DNA of 58,969 nt, the filler included, from Dugesia japonica (Eukaryota): the NCBI GenBank assembly GCA_001938525.1. It is 4 parts of 4 records of this genome, joined end to end, with 100 filler letters (N's around TTAATTAATTAA, not from the genome) between each part and the next. Parts side by side here need not be neighbours in the genome. Positions count along the whole stretch, not along the records: positions 1 to 26,566 come from MQRL01648308.1; 3 more parts are not named here. One strand, given 5' to 3'. The notes under the pieces are model-generated. The model made no database searches. It was not told where the DNA came from and worked only from the letters and a program-made list of their open reading frames with translations. The position numbers were made by a program, and so were the translations under genes. This document shows, in pieces, positions 1 to 13,672 of this stretch. Each line of letters starts with the position of its first letter. The stretch's first letter is position 1.

Positions 1-68
1 AACACTTGACACGTTTTACATTTAACAACCTCTCCAGATGTTTATAGTTAAAATAAAACAAATAATTA

Positions 69-1052
69 CAGTATTTCAAATAAACGGTTACATTTCTTAA
101 ATAAAAAACCAAATTTCACAAATAAATGGTCAAATTTGGTGAATAAACGCCAAATTCCATGAAAAGATGACCAAATTTCATAATTAAATATGCAAAATTC
201 AAATAAATATTGGATTTGTAAAAAATGTCAACAGGATTATTTTAATATAATAACAAAACAAACTAGTTTTTAACGAGTTTAGTTCTGTTATATTTTAATT
301 CAATTTTTAAGCCGATTATTTATTGCATTTACCGATTCCCAGAAAGTTCTGAAGTATTCACGAAAATCATTCAGGTTTTCCATCACAAGATTTATATTAT
401 GTTTGAGATTTTCTCTTGTTTGTGTTTCTGGCTTATTATTATCTAGTCTAGGTTTAATGCTGGAAAATTTATTCTTTAAAGGATTTAGGTCTGAAGAATA
501 GGGAGGAAGCATAGCATCGTAACATTTTTTAAGCTAAATAATTCGTTATTGTTTCCGATCAATGGAAACTAACATGGCCCATTATTAATACGAGATTTTT
601 TGAAATACAACTTTTATGTTGCATTCAATAAAATTTATTCCATTAAAAGATCCATCAATCAATTTAAAATGTTCTATTTGCCCTATAAAAATAATCGAAC
701 AAAAGGAAATATTTCTACTGCTAGAAATTGGCTGATAGATAAAGGCGTCTGTATTTATTTGGAAATATCCGTAATTGATTATTGGTGTGCCAATTGAATC
801 CACTCGACAAAAAATAAAATTGGCCGTGATCTGTAGCCCAATATTGTTGCGTAATATATTTGTCTTGTTGCATGGTTTTCTTGTGTGCTAACTATATTAA
901 ATCTGTTTTTCAGTTTCTAAGTAATATATAATATATCCATATATTCATTTTTTCTGTAATTATTATGCTGATATGTTTTATATAAATTATTTTATTTTAT
1001 AAAATTGATCGTTTATTTATGAAATTTTACCGTTTATTTATGAATTAGTCTG
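69..1052 (-). mobile_element. Decayed Tc1/IS630-like (DDE_3) DNA transposon
   Basis: Minus-strand fragments NYGY...FKLIDGSFNG and LPPYSSDLNP (cf. LPPYSPDLNPIE). Imperfect TIRs TA|CAGTATTTCAAATAAACGG (69) and CCGTTTATTTATGAATTAGTCTG|TA (1052). Subterminal repeats of about 21 bp at 90-210. Protein similarity to the element at 38555. Confidence 0.8.
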
Positions 1053-2159
1053 TAATTGACAATCAATAATTGATATTTAGAAAATAATTTGTAATTTTCA
1101 ATAAATCGTACTTTCGCACAAAATAATGATAATTTTAAAACAAATATTTCATTTTAATATTTAGATTATTTAATTTTCAATTTTATATTCAAAAAATTAC
1201 AGCACCGTAAACTCGGGATTGTGCGAATAGATTTATTATCATATATAAATTCCTATGTCTGTATGTATGTGAATTTGTATGTAACGCTAGAGTTATAAAG
1301 TTTGTATAAGGTTGGGGGTACAACCATGTATTTAAATCAAAGACAAATACAAGCGCGAATGCACTACTTCCCTTTTTGACTACAGTGTCTCAGGGTACTC
1401 AAAAAACAATGTCAAAAAATTGTAATGATCACATAATATTCAAATAAATGTCATCAATCAAATCATATTTTTACTGAATTTTCATCGAATGTTGATTTGA
1501 AGACATCATTTATAATACTTGACCGATCTCTAAATTATCATTATCCATCTGAGATCTCATTAATTCCTAGTTAATCGAAATTTCTTCATCTTCCATTGGG
1601 TTTTGATGTTGATAAGCGCCATTATTACGATAAGGGATTGGCTGAAAGACTTAATTTATAATTTTTCGTACTATTTTATTTATAATTATTTTTATTATTT
1701 TGTTTGGTTACGAAAAAAATTATGTAGGCCCCAAAAGAGTCACCAAAAAAATTTGTAGGGACACTTGGGGTGTAGGTTATGTAGATTTTGTATTAAATTG
1801 AAGAGTAATGGATATTATATAAATTATGACAATTTAAAAAATATAAATACAAATTTAACTAAAAATAAAACTTTTATAATTATGATATTCAAAAAAAAAA
1901 TATAAAATTACTCTTATCAATACTGTTATTATTTCTTTTCAAGAATATTGTTTATTTTTAAGCTTTTCTTATTTTAATCGGCGGTTGCCAAGTTTTCTGG
2001 ATTTTTAATTTGAATTTTAATTTGTGCGATTAATTGGAGTCCGTAATTTATATTAAAATTTATCATGTTAATACATCCATGTATTTACATACACTCATGT
2101 GTGTATGTATATATTTTAAAATTTAGATTTTCAATAAAAAATAAAATAAATAACAGCGA

Positions 2160-3594
2160 TTAAGCTTCTCTTCCATAAGACGTTGATCGACTTCCATCAA
2201 TTCAATATAACTCGGAGCTCCATCCACAAGGTATTGGGGGATATCAATGTTAATTTGCTCCATTTGATGTTGGAAGTAACAATTACTCGTTTCAGAATGC
2301 CAACTTTAAGTTTGGGGATTATTTTTTGTCCAGGGTAATTTTCCAATTTGGTAATAGGATTTGGAGTTCATCTTTAAGACCCTAATGTTTGGATATATTG
2401 ACATTGCCAGACTCTTCCATGTTGTCAAGATTATCATAAGTTATCATCACATCCAGAAGCCAGAGTTCTTTGATTTCGATTTGGAGATTAACTTGAAGCA
2501 TAGAATTGAATATTTTATTTTTGTGATCTCCAAGAATTTTCCTACTCGGACGATTCTTGAATAGTCAAAAACAAAAGATTTACAATCGAATTATGTTGAT
2601 TTATAACAATACGAATTAGTTGCACACGATCTCAGATTCAATCTCATAATTGCATTTTCTACAATGCTTTTTATCCTTCTATCATTAACTGGTAAAGTTT
2701 TGGTATTTGCTTGATGAATAAAAAACCCGTCTAAAATTATTAGATTTCCATTATGAACAAGTTTTGTAAAGTCTTCGAACCTTGTAAGAGCAGAAGCGAA
2801 AGCACCAACACGATATTGTTCACTCCATTTAAAAGTTCAGTTTATTATTATTAATAATAAATTGAGTAAGGTAATTGGAATTGATGAAAAATATTCTTAC
2901 TATTCTCATAGAATATAATAGCAAACATGCTTTTATCCGTTCTTTATCTAATTCATGAATAGCGGTATCATCGGGGACAGTCAACTTATTTCTTGCTGCT
3001 GAGAAATGTATCGCCGTCGGAAATTCCACATAACACTGGATATGTTTCTACCCATGAGCTGACATTTCGCTCTGTAGTCAACAGTAGGTGTTTCCAGATT
3101 TTTCTTTAAATTGTCCCAGATAGAAATCAGACTGTTCCTCCAATTGTCACATGTAAAAACTGAAGTGCCTATCATGAAAGCGACAACGATTTAAAATAAT
3201 AAATTCACTCACTATTATTACCAATTTCTATGCCACTCCGATGGGGATTAGCGATGTGCTCCATAATAGTCCTGATGTCTGGAAAACTTCTCTGCTTATC
3301 AGATGTTTTATCAGTTGAAATAGAAATTGCAGTGCTCGAGGGACCTTGTTCCGGTGTGTAAGGTCCTCTTCCACAGTCTGAAAAAATTTGCAAACTGGAC
3401 ACATCGTTGATGATGGGGTAGAACTCTGGTACTGCGGAAATGTCAGAATGTACATCAAATTCTCGTCCTTCGATTCTTTGAGCTTTTGGTAGTCTGCAAA
3501 TCGACCCTCCGTCAGATTCATCAAGGTCAACAACGGGTTGTGATATGTGTTGATTTGGTCGCTTTCTCTCAAGATCAACAATTTGCTGAGCCAT
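2160..3594 (-). pseudogene. Spliced orphan pseudogene of unknown function (at least 3 exons)
   Basis: The 129-aa ORF 3205-3594 has a GTGAGT donor near 3212. Splicing to the TAG acceptor near 3170 joins it in frame to ORF 2981-3175. A second GTAAGA donor lies near 2900. Coding-like sequence with stops and frameshifts continues to about 2160. Confidence 0.55.
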
Positions 3595-4246
3595 TGAAAT
3601 GTATTAGGTTCTGATTTTTCTAAAATTGATTCAATGAAATAATATTCATCATGAACATTAATATTATTATTTTATTATTATTACTAAAGGTAAATTTACT
3701 ATCATTATTAATAATTATTACTTAAAAATATTTTTTCATATTTCTCATATTTACAATAAAAAAAATAAAAACTATTATTTCCAACATTACATCTAAAATT
3801 TGTTATAATTGCAATATAATTATTAAAAAAACAACATTATTATTCAATCATTTTCTATAATTTAAATATTTTATAATAAACATCGTTTATTATAAAATTG
3901 CAAAACAGCAGTGTCAAATAAAATCCTTTATCGCACATTCTTTTTTTTATAACTGTACAGTTCAATTTGAATTCTAGAAAATAAAACCAACTGTAATTTT
4001 TGTTTATCAATTGTAAAAAATTTACCTTTTTTTCAATGAATACTAAAACATTCTATTAAATCAGTGAATATTTCTTTATCCGGTACAATCAAACTTATAA
4101 TCTAAAATTAAACCAATAATATTTATTATAGTATAAATTATACCATTTTATTATTAATTCTAAATCATCTAATCAGCAATTTATCACCTTGTTTGTTCAA
4201 CATTGAATGTAATAAAACATAGCGACTACACATACATTTGTTTTTT

Positions 4247-4565
4247 TTAATTTAATATTTTATAATGTCCATAGGCCACACTATTTCTTTCCATCCAAAA
4301 GCGCTTATCATCTAAACAAGATGATGCGCATTCTCTTCTATCAATTGTATACAACTGATGGTTTATCGATGGAAAGCTGGTCTGGTTAATTTTTAATGCT
4401 TCTTTATCATTTCCACTATATTCATTTTTATAATTTTCATTCTGAATATCGGTTGGCGTTAAACTGACTCCTTTAACCTTCATTGATGTGGTGTTATCTT
4501 TTCTTTAAGCTGTAGCACTTTGGTTGGAGGAAAATCCATTCCGTATAATCTTCACCTTGACCTTC
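4247..4565 (-). pseudogene. C-terminal fragment of a Polinton-type protein-primed DNA polymerase B
   Basis: EWIFLQPKCYSLK...MKVKGV...SINHQLYTI...SCLDDKRFW...VAYGHYKI matches the pPolB tail pattern (PKxYS, KxKGV, HxxYT, DDKR, xYGHY). Confidence 0.8.
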
Positions 4566-4689
4566 TTTGACCAGCCCGATCTTGTTAGTTATATCACTTG
4601 ACTAGAGAGGATGATCCTTTGGATAATTACTTGTATCCAACAGACTACCCAATTTCATTTGAGTCAAGAATTTAGTTTAAGTTAATTAA

Positions 4690-5200
4690 TTTTATCAGGA
4701 AAAAGAAAGTAAGTTATGTAAAAAATCAGTTAAAGGCGATTATCTTCACTCAGAAAAATCGGAGGAAGATCGGAAAAAAATTTTTGGAAAAACTGGAATC
4801 TCGGGGGAATTGGATGTCATAACGAATAAACCTTATCATTAGCGGAGGGGTCAAGAAAAGGCTTTAAAGAACAGGCCAATGAGAGGCCAGAAAATAAACG
4901 AAAGATAAAGCCCTAAAAATCACAAGGTGTCCTAAAAATAGGTACCTATCGTGCGGTCGAAAATCTTAGCAATTTTTGAAATTGTAGACCTGGTGCCAAT
5001 CAGAAGTGGCAAACCAGAAAATAAAAATAACACCCAATACGAAGAAAGTTGTTGCAGAGAAAACGTATATAAACCCCCCGAAAATTGTTACCAAAAGTTC
5101 AGTTTTTGATCAAATTGTTCAGTTTAATACTGTGTAACTAATTAATAAAAGGTAAAGAAATCTTGTGGAAAAGAAAAACAAAACTGGTGAACAAAGTCGA
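4690..5200 (+). mobile_element. Partial LTR (U3/TATA part) of the TGTTGGG LTR family
   Basis: Shares the motifs GGCCAATGAGAGGCCAGAAAA, CCTAAAAATAGGTAC and GTATATAAACCCCCC with the copies at 23447 and 57727. Ends not resolved. Confidence 0.55.
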
Positions 5201-7989
5201 GATAAGTTTAATAAAAAATTGCGCTTACTGATCAATTTGGAAATAATTCAAAGGAGATAAATTTGTAAAATCTATTTTTTCTTGAATATTAATGTCCGCG
5301 ACATTATTATTATTAACATTCGATATTTTCGTTTATTATTAATGCAATTATTGTTATTATTATTGTTAAAATTGATATGATATTCTTTTGTTCTTGTGAA
5401 ATTAGTATCATTGAACATATCCTTAATCTTAAAAAATATAACGATTTGTACCGCTAAGCCGATATTTACAGTTTATGGAAACGGATCATGCTTAATCAGG
5501 GTCATGGATATTACTTTTAATTATGCTTAGTGGTTAATGGAATTGCTAGCATACTAGTGATTTACGTAAATACCTCGAATCTTATAAGCATTATTATATC
5601 AAGGGCTAGCGATATTCATTAATTTACATTTAAAGATAACTAAAGTTACAACAGTAATATTTGAAAAATAGTAATAAAAAAGTTTTAGTGGATATATATT
5701 AAAAAAAATGCTTTTATAATATGAAATCTATTGAAATAAAGATTTAATCTAATCAAAAAACAAGTAATAAATATTAAAGACAATGAATTTATTAACATAC
5801 ATTTATTAATTCATAAAAATTAATAAATTCATAAAATAATTCCAAAAAAAGTAAAACATAATAATNCAAAACCAGAAAAGAATAATCCTTTATGTAAGAA
5901 TAATAAATAAATGTTCAATAATCTACTCTTTCAAAAGTAGTGATAATGATAATAGTAATAATAATAATATAAATTATAATATTATTGATATTAATAGCAA
6001 TGTAATAAATTAGAATTTTAATTTATTAAAAAATAATTGTGATAATAATTTAAAATAATATTTCCTTACTTTATTCCTAAATCTATGATCATGAGCATCA
6101 TAATCCTCATCATCATTTTTTAAAATTTATTTCCTTCATTTTGTTCGCCATTTGATAAAAGTCTAATTAAAATCTTAAAAAATTATAATAAATTAGAAAA
6201 ATAATACATTTGTCATCATCTTCTTTCTAATGTTCATTTATGTCTATTATACTCGTCAACGATGATCTGATTATAAAAAATAATAAAATTAATGACATTG
6301 AACAAAATTACTTTTTTAAATTCGTCGAAAATTTTCATTTTAAAAGTTGTTGATTAAAATAATGTGACGATTTCTGAATGTAATAGTTTATGAATTATTA
6401 AAAAAAGTTCGATTTATTATAATAATTAATTAACAGTTTTTTTACAGCTTCGTGGGCTGAAACTTCCCGAGCAACCTTCATGATCCAAGGCTACACAAAA
6501 TTTTTAGTTACACTTATTCTAAGGGCAACTAAGTAAGAAGCATTAAGCAGTAATAGATCTTATTGTTAAATTTCTTTGCTATTCGATTAAATCATATACA
6601 TGTTTCTCACTTGATTTTTTAGTTAATAATCTCGTATAATATTATCCACATCCATTATACATAATTCTTTAATCAAATAATCGGCATTATTATCCTCTAA
6701 AGGCTTTATAATCAATAAAAACAGACATTTTAAATATTTATTGATAGTCAGATTAACATTGTTTTACTGGCTTATAGAACTTTCACACCTTATACAAAAA
6801 CATTTCAAATAGTATTTTCTTGAATGTATTTACATTCTCACGTGTTTTTAAAATGCTCGAATTAAACCCCTGTAACTAATGATTCAGGTCATTGTGTTGA
6901 GGGGTGAATGAAAATAAAATTATTTATAAAATATAAATAATATATATTTGAATATATATATTAAGAAACAAATTATTATTCAATATAACTTAAGGGGTAA
7001 TAGTAATTACCTCAACAAACAACTCTTAGAAATAACTTTAGGATTTCTATTGAGAAACCAACCAAGATATCACTGGGGACTTAATTTATATCCTTTTCAA
7101 ATGAGTATTATAACTTATTGTAAACTTTATGAGTCCCTTGATATTTTATTTATCTTGAAGAAATCCTCATCGCGATAAGGTAGTGGGTTATTATATTAAA
7201 TTTACCCCAAAAGAATTTTAAATTATTTAAATGAAAAAATTACTTTTCTTAACAAATATCCAAAATGTATTGATAATTTTCAGAACTTTTAAATCCTCAA
7301 AGTCTGAAATATAACAAAATAAAAATTATAATGCTGATTGATCTAGGTTCATCTAGAAATCACAAAATGAAAAATATAATGTTTACACAACTGATCTTAT
7401 TAATCAATATATATATACAAAAAAACTGTGTGAATGGCATATTTATCAGCTTCATAATAATGACAAAATAATAATAATAATAACAATAATCGGATCAAAT
7501 TGATCCACTTTCTCAACATAAAAAATAACAATAATCATACAATGAAACTAACGGATCAAACCGGTCCAGTTTCAAGATAATAATAAAATAATAAAAATTT
7601 TAATAATAATGATAACATATGTATCAAATTGATCCAAATTCTGTATAAAATTACTGACNNNNNNNNNNNNNNNNNNNNNNNNNNNNNNNNNNNNNNNNNN
7701 NNNNNNNNNNNNNNNNNNNNNNNNNNNNNNNNNNNNNNNNNNNNNNNNNNNNNNNNNNNNNNNNNNNNNNNNNNNNNNNNNNNNNNNCAATACAACAAAT
7801 TGAACAAATCAGTCAATAATAATAATTATAATAAGATAAGAATTAAAATGAAAACAAATAAATATAATTTAAATGCAACTTATTTATAAAAAATAAAACG
7901 TCTCACTAAAAGGTAAAAATGAAAGAATAAAAACAATGTTAAGGATAAATAAATACCAATTAAAATGTCACATTGTTCAGTTGATAAAA

Positions 7990-10900
7990 ATATTCTTATG
8001 CACAGACGAACATCCATCCGAACTCTAGAATCTTTTTAATCGTATCTGCTATCCTGAGGCTATTTGCTAGATTGAAGTCTTAGATTAATTGTTTGTCTGC
8101 TTTTATTAATATTTAATGTTTTAATAACAATGTTTTCATATGTTGATTTTATGTTTTCTCAACAATTGTGTTTATCGAAAATATCGCAAAGATATGCAAA
8201 TTTGCTTATCCATATTTCGTTTTCTAAATATGGTTTGTAGTCCGAGTTTCTTTCTCTTAAAAATATTACCACTTCCGATCTCAGTGCAAAAAGCCGATTT
8301 AATATTTTTCTACGTGAAAGCTAACGGATCTCCGTATGAAACAAAAATGTAATAAATTCAGATCCCATGTTGACACAGCTCATTAAAATGTCTCAAATTC
8401 CTTTAATTATGTTAACGGTTTTTACACCAATTTTTTGCAGAGTTCAAATCTTCATTTAATTGCTTTGCAGCTAATACTTCTCTATGTATAATGCAATCAT
8501 TCCATTTTATTGAAGGATTTATACATTTGAGATTTAAGTCCACTTTCACTACCTAACATTGATGCTGCTCCATCTGTACAGACTGACACGCCATTTACAT
8601 GATAATCCATTTTTTAAAATTTGTTCATTTAATAAATTAAAAATTGCATCTTTTGTCGTTCTTGTTTTTAATTCTTTACAACACTGTTTTTTATTCCCTG
8701 TACATCATTATCAATATATCCAACAAATACAATAATTTGTGCACTGTTGTATATATCCGTCGATTCGTAAATTTGTAATGCAAATCGTTTTTAACAATTT
8801 TTTTGCTTACTTGTTTTATAATATCTTTTTCCATATCATAAATTCGTCGTTTAATAGTATCATTCGAACCTGGTATTGTTTTTATTATATCTACCTCCTT
8901 TTTATCGAACATAATTTCTGTAATTTTTACAGCAGCAGAAATAATAAGATTTTCAGCAATTGTATGTGGTTTCTTTGATTTGGCAACCAAGTGGGCAATT
9001 TTAAAAGATATTTGTTAAGCTTTTTGTGATATCTTTGTAAACGTTTCCATTGAAATAATGGACTTATTAAATATTTCTAATTTTATATTTTCAATTATTG
9101 TGAGAATAATTGTTGGACCATTGATCGCATTTGAGATTTCATTAAAATACAAAAAGTTTCGATCAAAATTATTTTGATCGAAGCTTTTTCTTTATTTTAA
9201 TGAAATTTCTAATTTTCTTTGAAAGAAATAGTCTTAATTCTGGATGTTTTGTATTCAAATACCTTTTAAATAACGACAGCTTCATTAAGAGGTTTCAGAA
9301 TTTTTCATAACTAATCACACAAACTGACAATGGTGGTTCATTTTCATTTGTAGTAAATCCATCGATCCGTATATTTGTCAAAAGTTCAGTATTTTGACGT
9401 ATTTTTCCGAAACTGGTTCTTCTAAGCATTCTTCATGTTCTTCGTCGTTCAACTGTGAAGTACTCCCTTCATCAATACTTGTATCTTATAATTCTCCAGC
9501 ACCTTTTTTATTTATTTTTTATCAGAAATCAGTACATTGCTATTCAAAGTAAAAATTTAAATTAAAACAACAAACCTTTAATAATTTCAATAAAATTTTA
9601 TGGTATAACAAGGAAAATAATTGGATTCCCTGCAAAATCTTTCGCACATATCAGTACATTACGAATTAAAAATAATAGTATTAGTATTATCTACGGAATC
9701 CAATATTGGACGAAAAATAAATACCGGTATTAAAAAATTATAATACTGGTATACTGGTATTAAAACTGGTATTCAAAGAAATTAATTGAATCACACTTTT
9801 TTCAAAAATTATTCATATTTTTATTGGTAATGTATAAAAATTTACATTTATATTTTTTGCAATATAAATTAATAAAAATAATTCATTAAAATAATTAAAT
9901 GAAACACAAGAAACTTCAAAATCACAATTCATTAAAATATATTTCAATAAAAATTTTGTTGGTCTATTTTCTAGAATACTTATCGAATTGTTATTTATCT
10001 CCTTTGAAATACCCTCTTAAAAAACAAAGAGCATCCAAAGTTGTCATCCATTCTGCATCGCAACTTATTCAAAATTACACCGGCTGCAGAAAAAGTCTTT
10101 TCGGATTCAACGGTTGGGTGAACCGTTAAAAGACGTTCGTAAACCTGTTGAGATATTTTCCCAACACACCTTCATTTTCAAACAGGCTCATCGGATGTTT
10201 AAAAAATTCTGAATGGAAGCCAGTACTGTCATTCTAGATAGGATCGCTGCTAGTGAGTCGTCCTTGGTATTTCTAAAATATTTTGTAATTTTTGGAGAAG
10301 GCTTATTAGATTATGAACTAGATCCAACTACAGGTTCAACAGCAACTCGTTTTCGTGATATTACTTCTTGTTTGATCTTTTAATGTGTATGGAGGCTGAT
10401 TGTCGAGCCACCTCCGGTTTTTATAATATTTGCACACTTACATTTCGCGTAACATCCTTTTTCTTCTTTGAGAAAGAAAAACCAGACCGAATTTTCATCT
10501 CTGTTTCTTGAATGATGAACAAACTTCATACTCAGACTCTCCATGGGCTAAATTAGATTATTAAAAAAACAAATTAAAATTATACGACTAATTAAAATTT
10601 TAATATTTAAATTTAATTTAAATAAACTTACCAAAGTTGTGCTTATTAAATATTTTTACAAAAAAATCACACAAAAACTTTGTAAGTTGCAAATGTTAAT
10701 TAATCAATCATTATCACTATTTAATTAAGCAATCAAAATCGAGAAAAGTAGATAAATGATAAAAATATTAATGAAAAAATTGATAAAAAAGAAAGATGGA
10801 AATACCGGTATTTAACCTTTGAATACCGGTATTACCGTAAAAAAATTGGCCGGTATCCCGGTATTGGATTCCTTAGTGTTATCATTTTAAACAATATTTA

Positions 10901-11235
10901 ATATTTAACTTGTCATTCGTGTATATAAAAATAAATAACTACAAAAATTTAAGCACCTAAAGATATCTAAAAAAATGTGCCACTAACAAAAATAAATAAA
11001 TAAATACACCGAAGGTTAATTAGCAAAACATAATAAATTAAATATTAATAAAAATATTTATTCTTAAACTGACCGTTGCATATTAAATATTAAAAAACAT
11101 TCTGCGCAATCTAATTTTACATTGGAGTTTTTCCATAAATTTAGAATTTTCTCTAATAAAATAATATATTTGAATACCTTCGATATTTTGTCGCGTACCA
11201 GTTAGGGTACATGAACACCACGTTGAAAAACACTG
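7990..11235 (-). mobile_element. Decayed hAT Buster/Charlie (ZBED5/SCAND3-like) transposon with nested insertions
   Basis: Minus-strand motifs VAKSKKPHTIAENLI, SNDTIKRRI, ESTDI, VSVCTDGAASMLG and CIIHREVLAAKQL. A 5' TIR CAGTGTTTTTCAAC ends at 11235 next to CTCTAAAA (NNNTANNN-type target). The other end was not found. Confidence 0.85.
9692..10875 (-). mobile_element. Internally deleted hAT element nested in the Buster element
   Basis: TIRs TACGGAATCCAATA and TATTGGATTCCTTA. 8-bp TSD GTATTATC/GTGTTATC. ACCGGTAT subterminal repeats. hATC-like remnant PTVESEKTFSAAGVILNKLRCRM at about 10040-10125 and a BED-finger-like remnant at about 10400-10500. Confidence 0.85.
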
Positions 11236-12097
11236 CTCTAAAACGTTTGCCATCACTGGGAAATGCCCAAATTTTAGAAAAGATTATTGGAGGATTAAAA
11301 TGTGATTATAAGAAAAATTAGCTGAAGGATTAAAGAGAATAGTTCGTCGATTATTTGACAAAATACTTTGCGTGAATTATAAGCGTTATTATAAACTAAA
11401 TTTTGAAATTGAATAAAGTTTTGGTAACTAAATTTTGTGATCAGAGTTATTTTAATACTATCTACTGCATAAGCTCACGAACTTGTTAAACAACAAAATT
11501 ATAAAAAATTATGAAAGTGTAACAGTAAACATTTTTTAATTAAATGCATTCTTTAGGAAAAAATGAATTTCACATTGGAAAAATTGTCAACCAACATCAT
11601 TTTTTATTAAAATAGACGTTAATATTTGTTAAAAACTTACGTAACTCTCAGCTTAATTAATAATTTCATTTTAAGTATATTGAATATCACAGTGCATTTC
11701 TTAAGTAATCTATTAAGAACACGCTCTATCAAGGAACATTTTTAAATAATAATCACAGATTTACCAATAATTATATGAAAAACCCAGTGGTGTATTTTTG
11801 TTTGTATGTTTCCGTGATGCACAATATTATTCATAATGTTGAGATTCTTTGGAAATTGTGACCAAAATAAATCAAGAAGTGCGTGCGTTTAAAGATAAAT
11901 TTGATAATTTTTACAATCCAGTATATCAAGTTATATAATATATTCATTAAAATAAAAGCTTCAATGAAAATTTGTTTTTTGGTTTTGGATAATAATTCTA
12001 TATTTCGACTTTGTTTTCGCCAGGAATTGATTTTTATAATGTATCTTATAACCTTTATATGCTTAGTATAGATACAACAATATTTATAAATAAGGTA

Positions 12098-13672
12098 TGT
12101 TGAGTTTATAGTATTTTGATGTTAAATAGTAACATTTCCTCCCTCTTTAATCCGCTCATTTTTTATTTTTAATCAGCAACACCACAATCTAGGGGCATTC
12201 GGTTTTCGTGTAGACTCCTTTTAAGCGGATTATCTCGTTCTGCAGCTCCATCTTCTCCTTCCATCTCTTCTGCAGGGTCATCACATCTTTTATTGATATT
12301 GGAATTAAAATTAAATTAGCTAGAATCAAATATTATTATTTTTCTTTTTTATAGTTAAGAACTATGCGTTTGTTTAACCCAACATCAAAGTAAAAGATAA
12401 AACGATTAATAAAAATAATTAACAATTAATTTTCTCCGCGGTTGCCTCTGCAACCCATATCCATACGTCCAACTCTAAAATAATGACATACATCACATAA
12501 TTCAAATCAAAAACCACAACTATTAAGCAATACATTTATTTATTTCAGATTCAAATCAATGAGGTGGATAGGGCTACTCAAACCCATCATTTCGCGTAGG
12601 ATTTTCAGCTCCTCTTCCTTTTCCTGTTCTTCCTCCAGTTCATCTTTCAAGGTTCGGGCATTTTGAATTTTTAGTGAATTTAAGGAACTCTCGTCCCAAA
12701 TTTTCAACTACTCCTCAGGGGCCTGATTTATATAATTGCATTGACTTGTGACCACCTGTAAGATGCCTTCTTTTATGGCCAACTGAAGTTAAGTCGTCTC
12801 CAATTCTGCCTTTATTTCGAGTATTTCCAACTCATGACGTTCCTTCTCCTTCGTTATCATGATTTGTACTTCGAGCCATTCGATATAGTAATTACCGAAC
12901 TCATCGATGTACGGTCAATTGCTGTCCTCTGACTTCAGCTTTCCATATTCTCGATTTAACAAATTCATCTATTATTAATGGAGAATAATTTTTCGAATTA
13001 TTATCAAAGCACAATAAAAAATGGTTATCTAGACAAAATAACGAATATAAGTTTTCTGTGTCTTCGGCCTGCGGTCTGCCATTCCTCGTTCCGCCGCTTC
13101 TGGATTACGGACCAGAGAAGACAGCATTTTATTCTCGATACATTTTAATCCCGTCACATTATATTTCAGGATACATTATTCTCGAAACCTTTTATTCTCG
13201 TAATATTTCACTCTCTGTTTTATTCTCGATATTTGCCTGGATTAACTTATTTTGTTACTATTTCTGGATTTCATTCACCCTAATCAGACAAACATTGATA
13301 AATGGAACGGGTTAATTAAAAATATAATAATAACATCAAACGCTATTTAGCTTAATTATAATAAAGAAAATGTGTTGTGAAACCCTTCTATTATATTATT
13401 ATAGTATTGTATATATTTTTACGATTTACTTTTTCCCCCTCTTATTTATCGCCAAACTTATTTTCGGCTTCCTCTACGCTAAATTTTCATTTTTCTCATA
13501 ATAATTTCATAATTATAATTACATAATAATAATAGTATCAGTACTAATAATCAAATTTCTGATCCAGCATTTTAACTTTTTCCTAATTTTCTGCTGATTT
13601 TCGTATTTATTTTTCGTTTGTTCGGAAATTTTTTTTGGTCTTACTCCAATTGTTTGGCTTTCTAGCCCAACA
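12098..13672 (-). mobile_element. Solo LTR (1575 bp) carrying coiled-coil gene remnants
   Basis: TGTTG...CAACA termini with an exact 4-bp TSD GGTA (12094-12097 and 13673-13676). The head TGTTGGGCTAGAA and the motifs CTAAATAGCGTT and ATGCCCCTAGATT are shared with 27787-31081. Confidence 0.85.
12540..12968 (-). pseudogene. LTR-borne coiled-coil mini-gene 1 (143 codons, 3 in-frame stops)
   Basis: ATG directly follows an AG acceptor. Frame MNLLNREYG...GNYYIEWLEVQIMITKEKERHELE...HLIDLNLK*, with AATAAA at the stop. Resembles 29659-30090. Confidence 0.6.

Noticed and set aside
1235-1300. Helitron-like 5' end, and a hairpin plus CTAG at 45765-45822
   Set aside because: Isolated short signals with no matching opposite end or RepHel sequence.
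6430-7300. Possible decayed Polinton accessory genes (IDYKAFRG...YLIKELCIMDV on the minus strand)
   Set aside because: A single short motif in heavily degenerate sequence; not supportable without a search.
7556-7889. ORFs spanning N runs (also 19596-19936, 34548-34736, 42485-42818, 45255-45455)
   Set aside because: Open only because Ns contain no stop codons.
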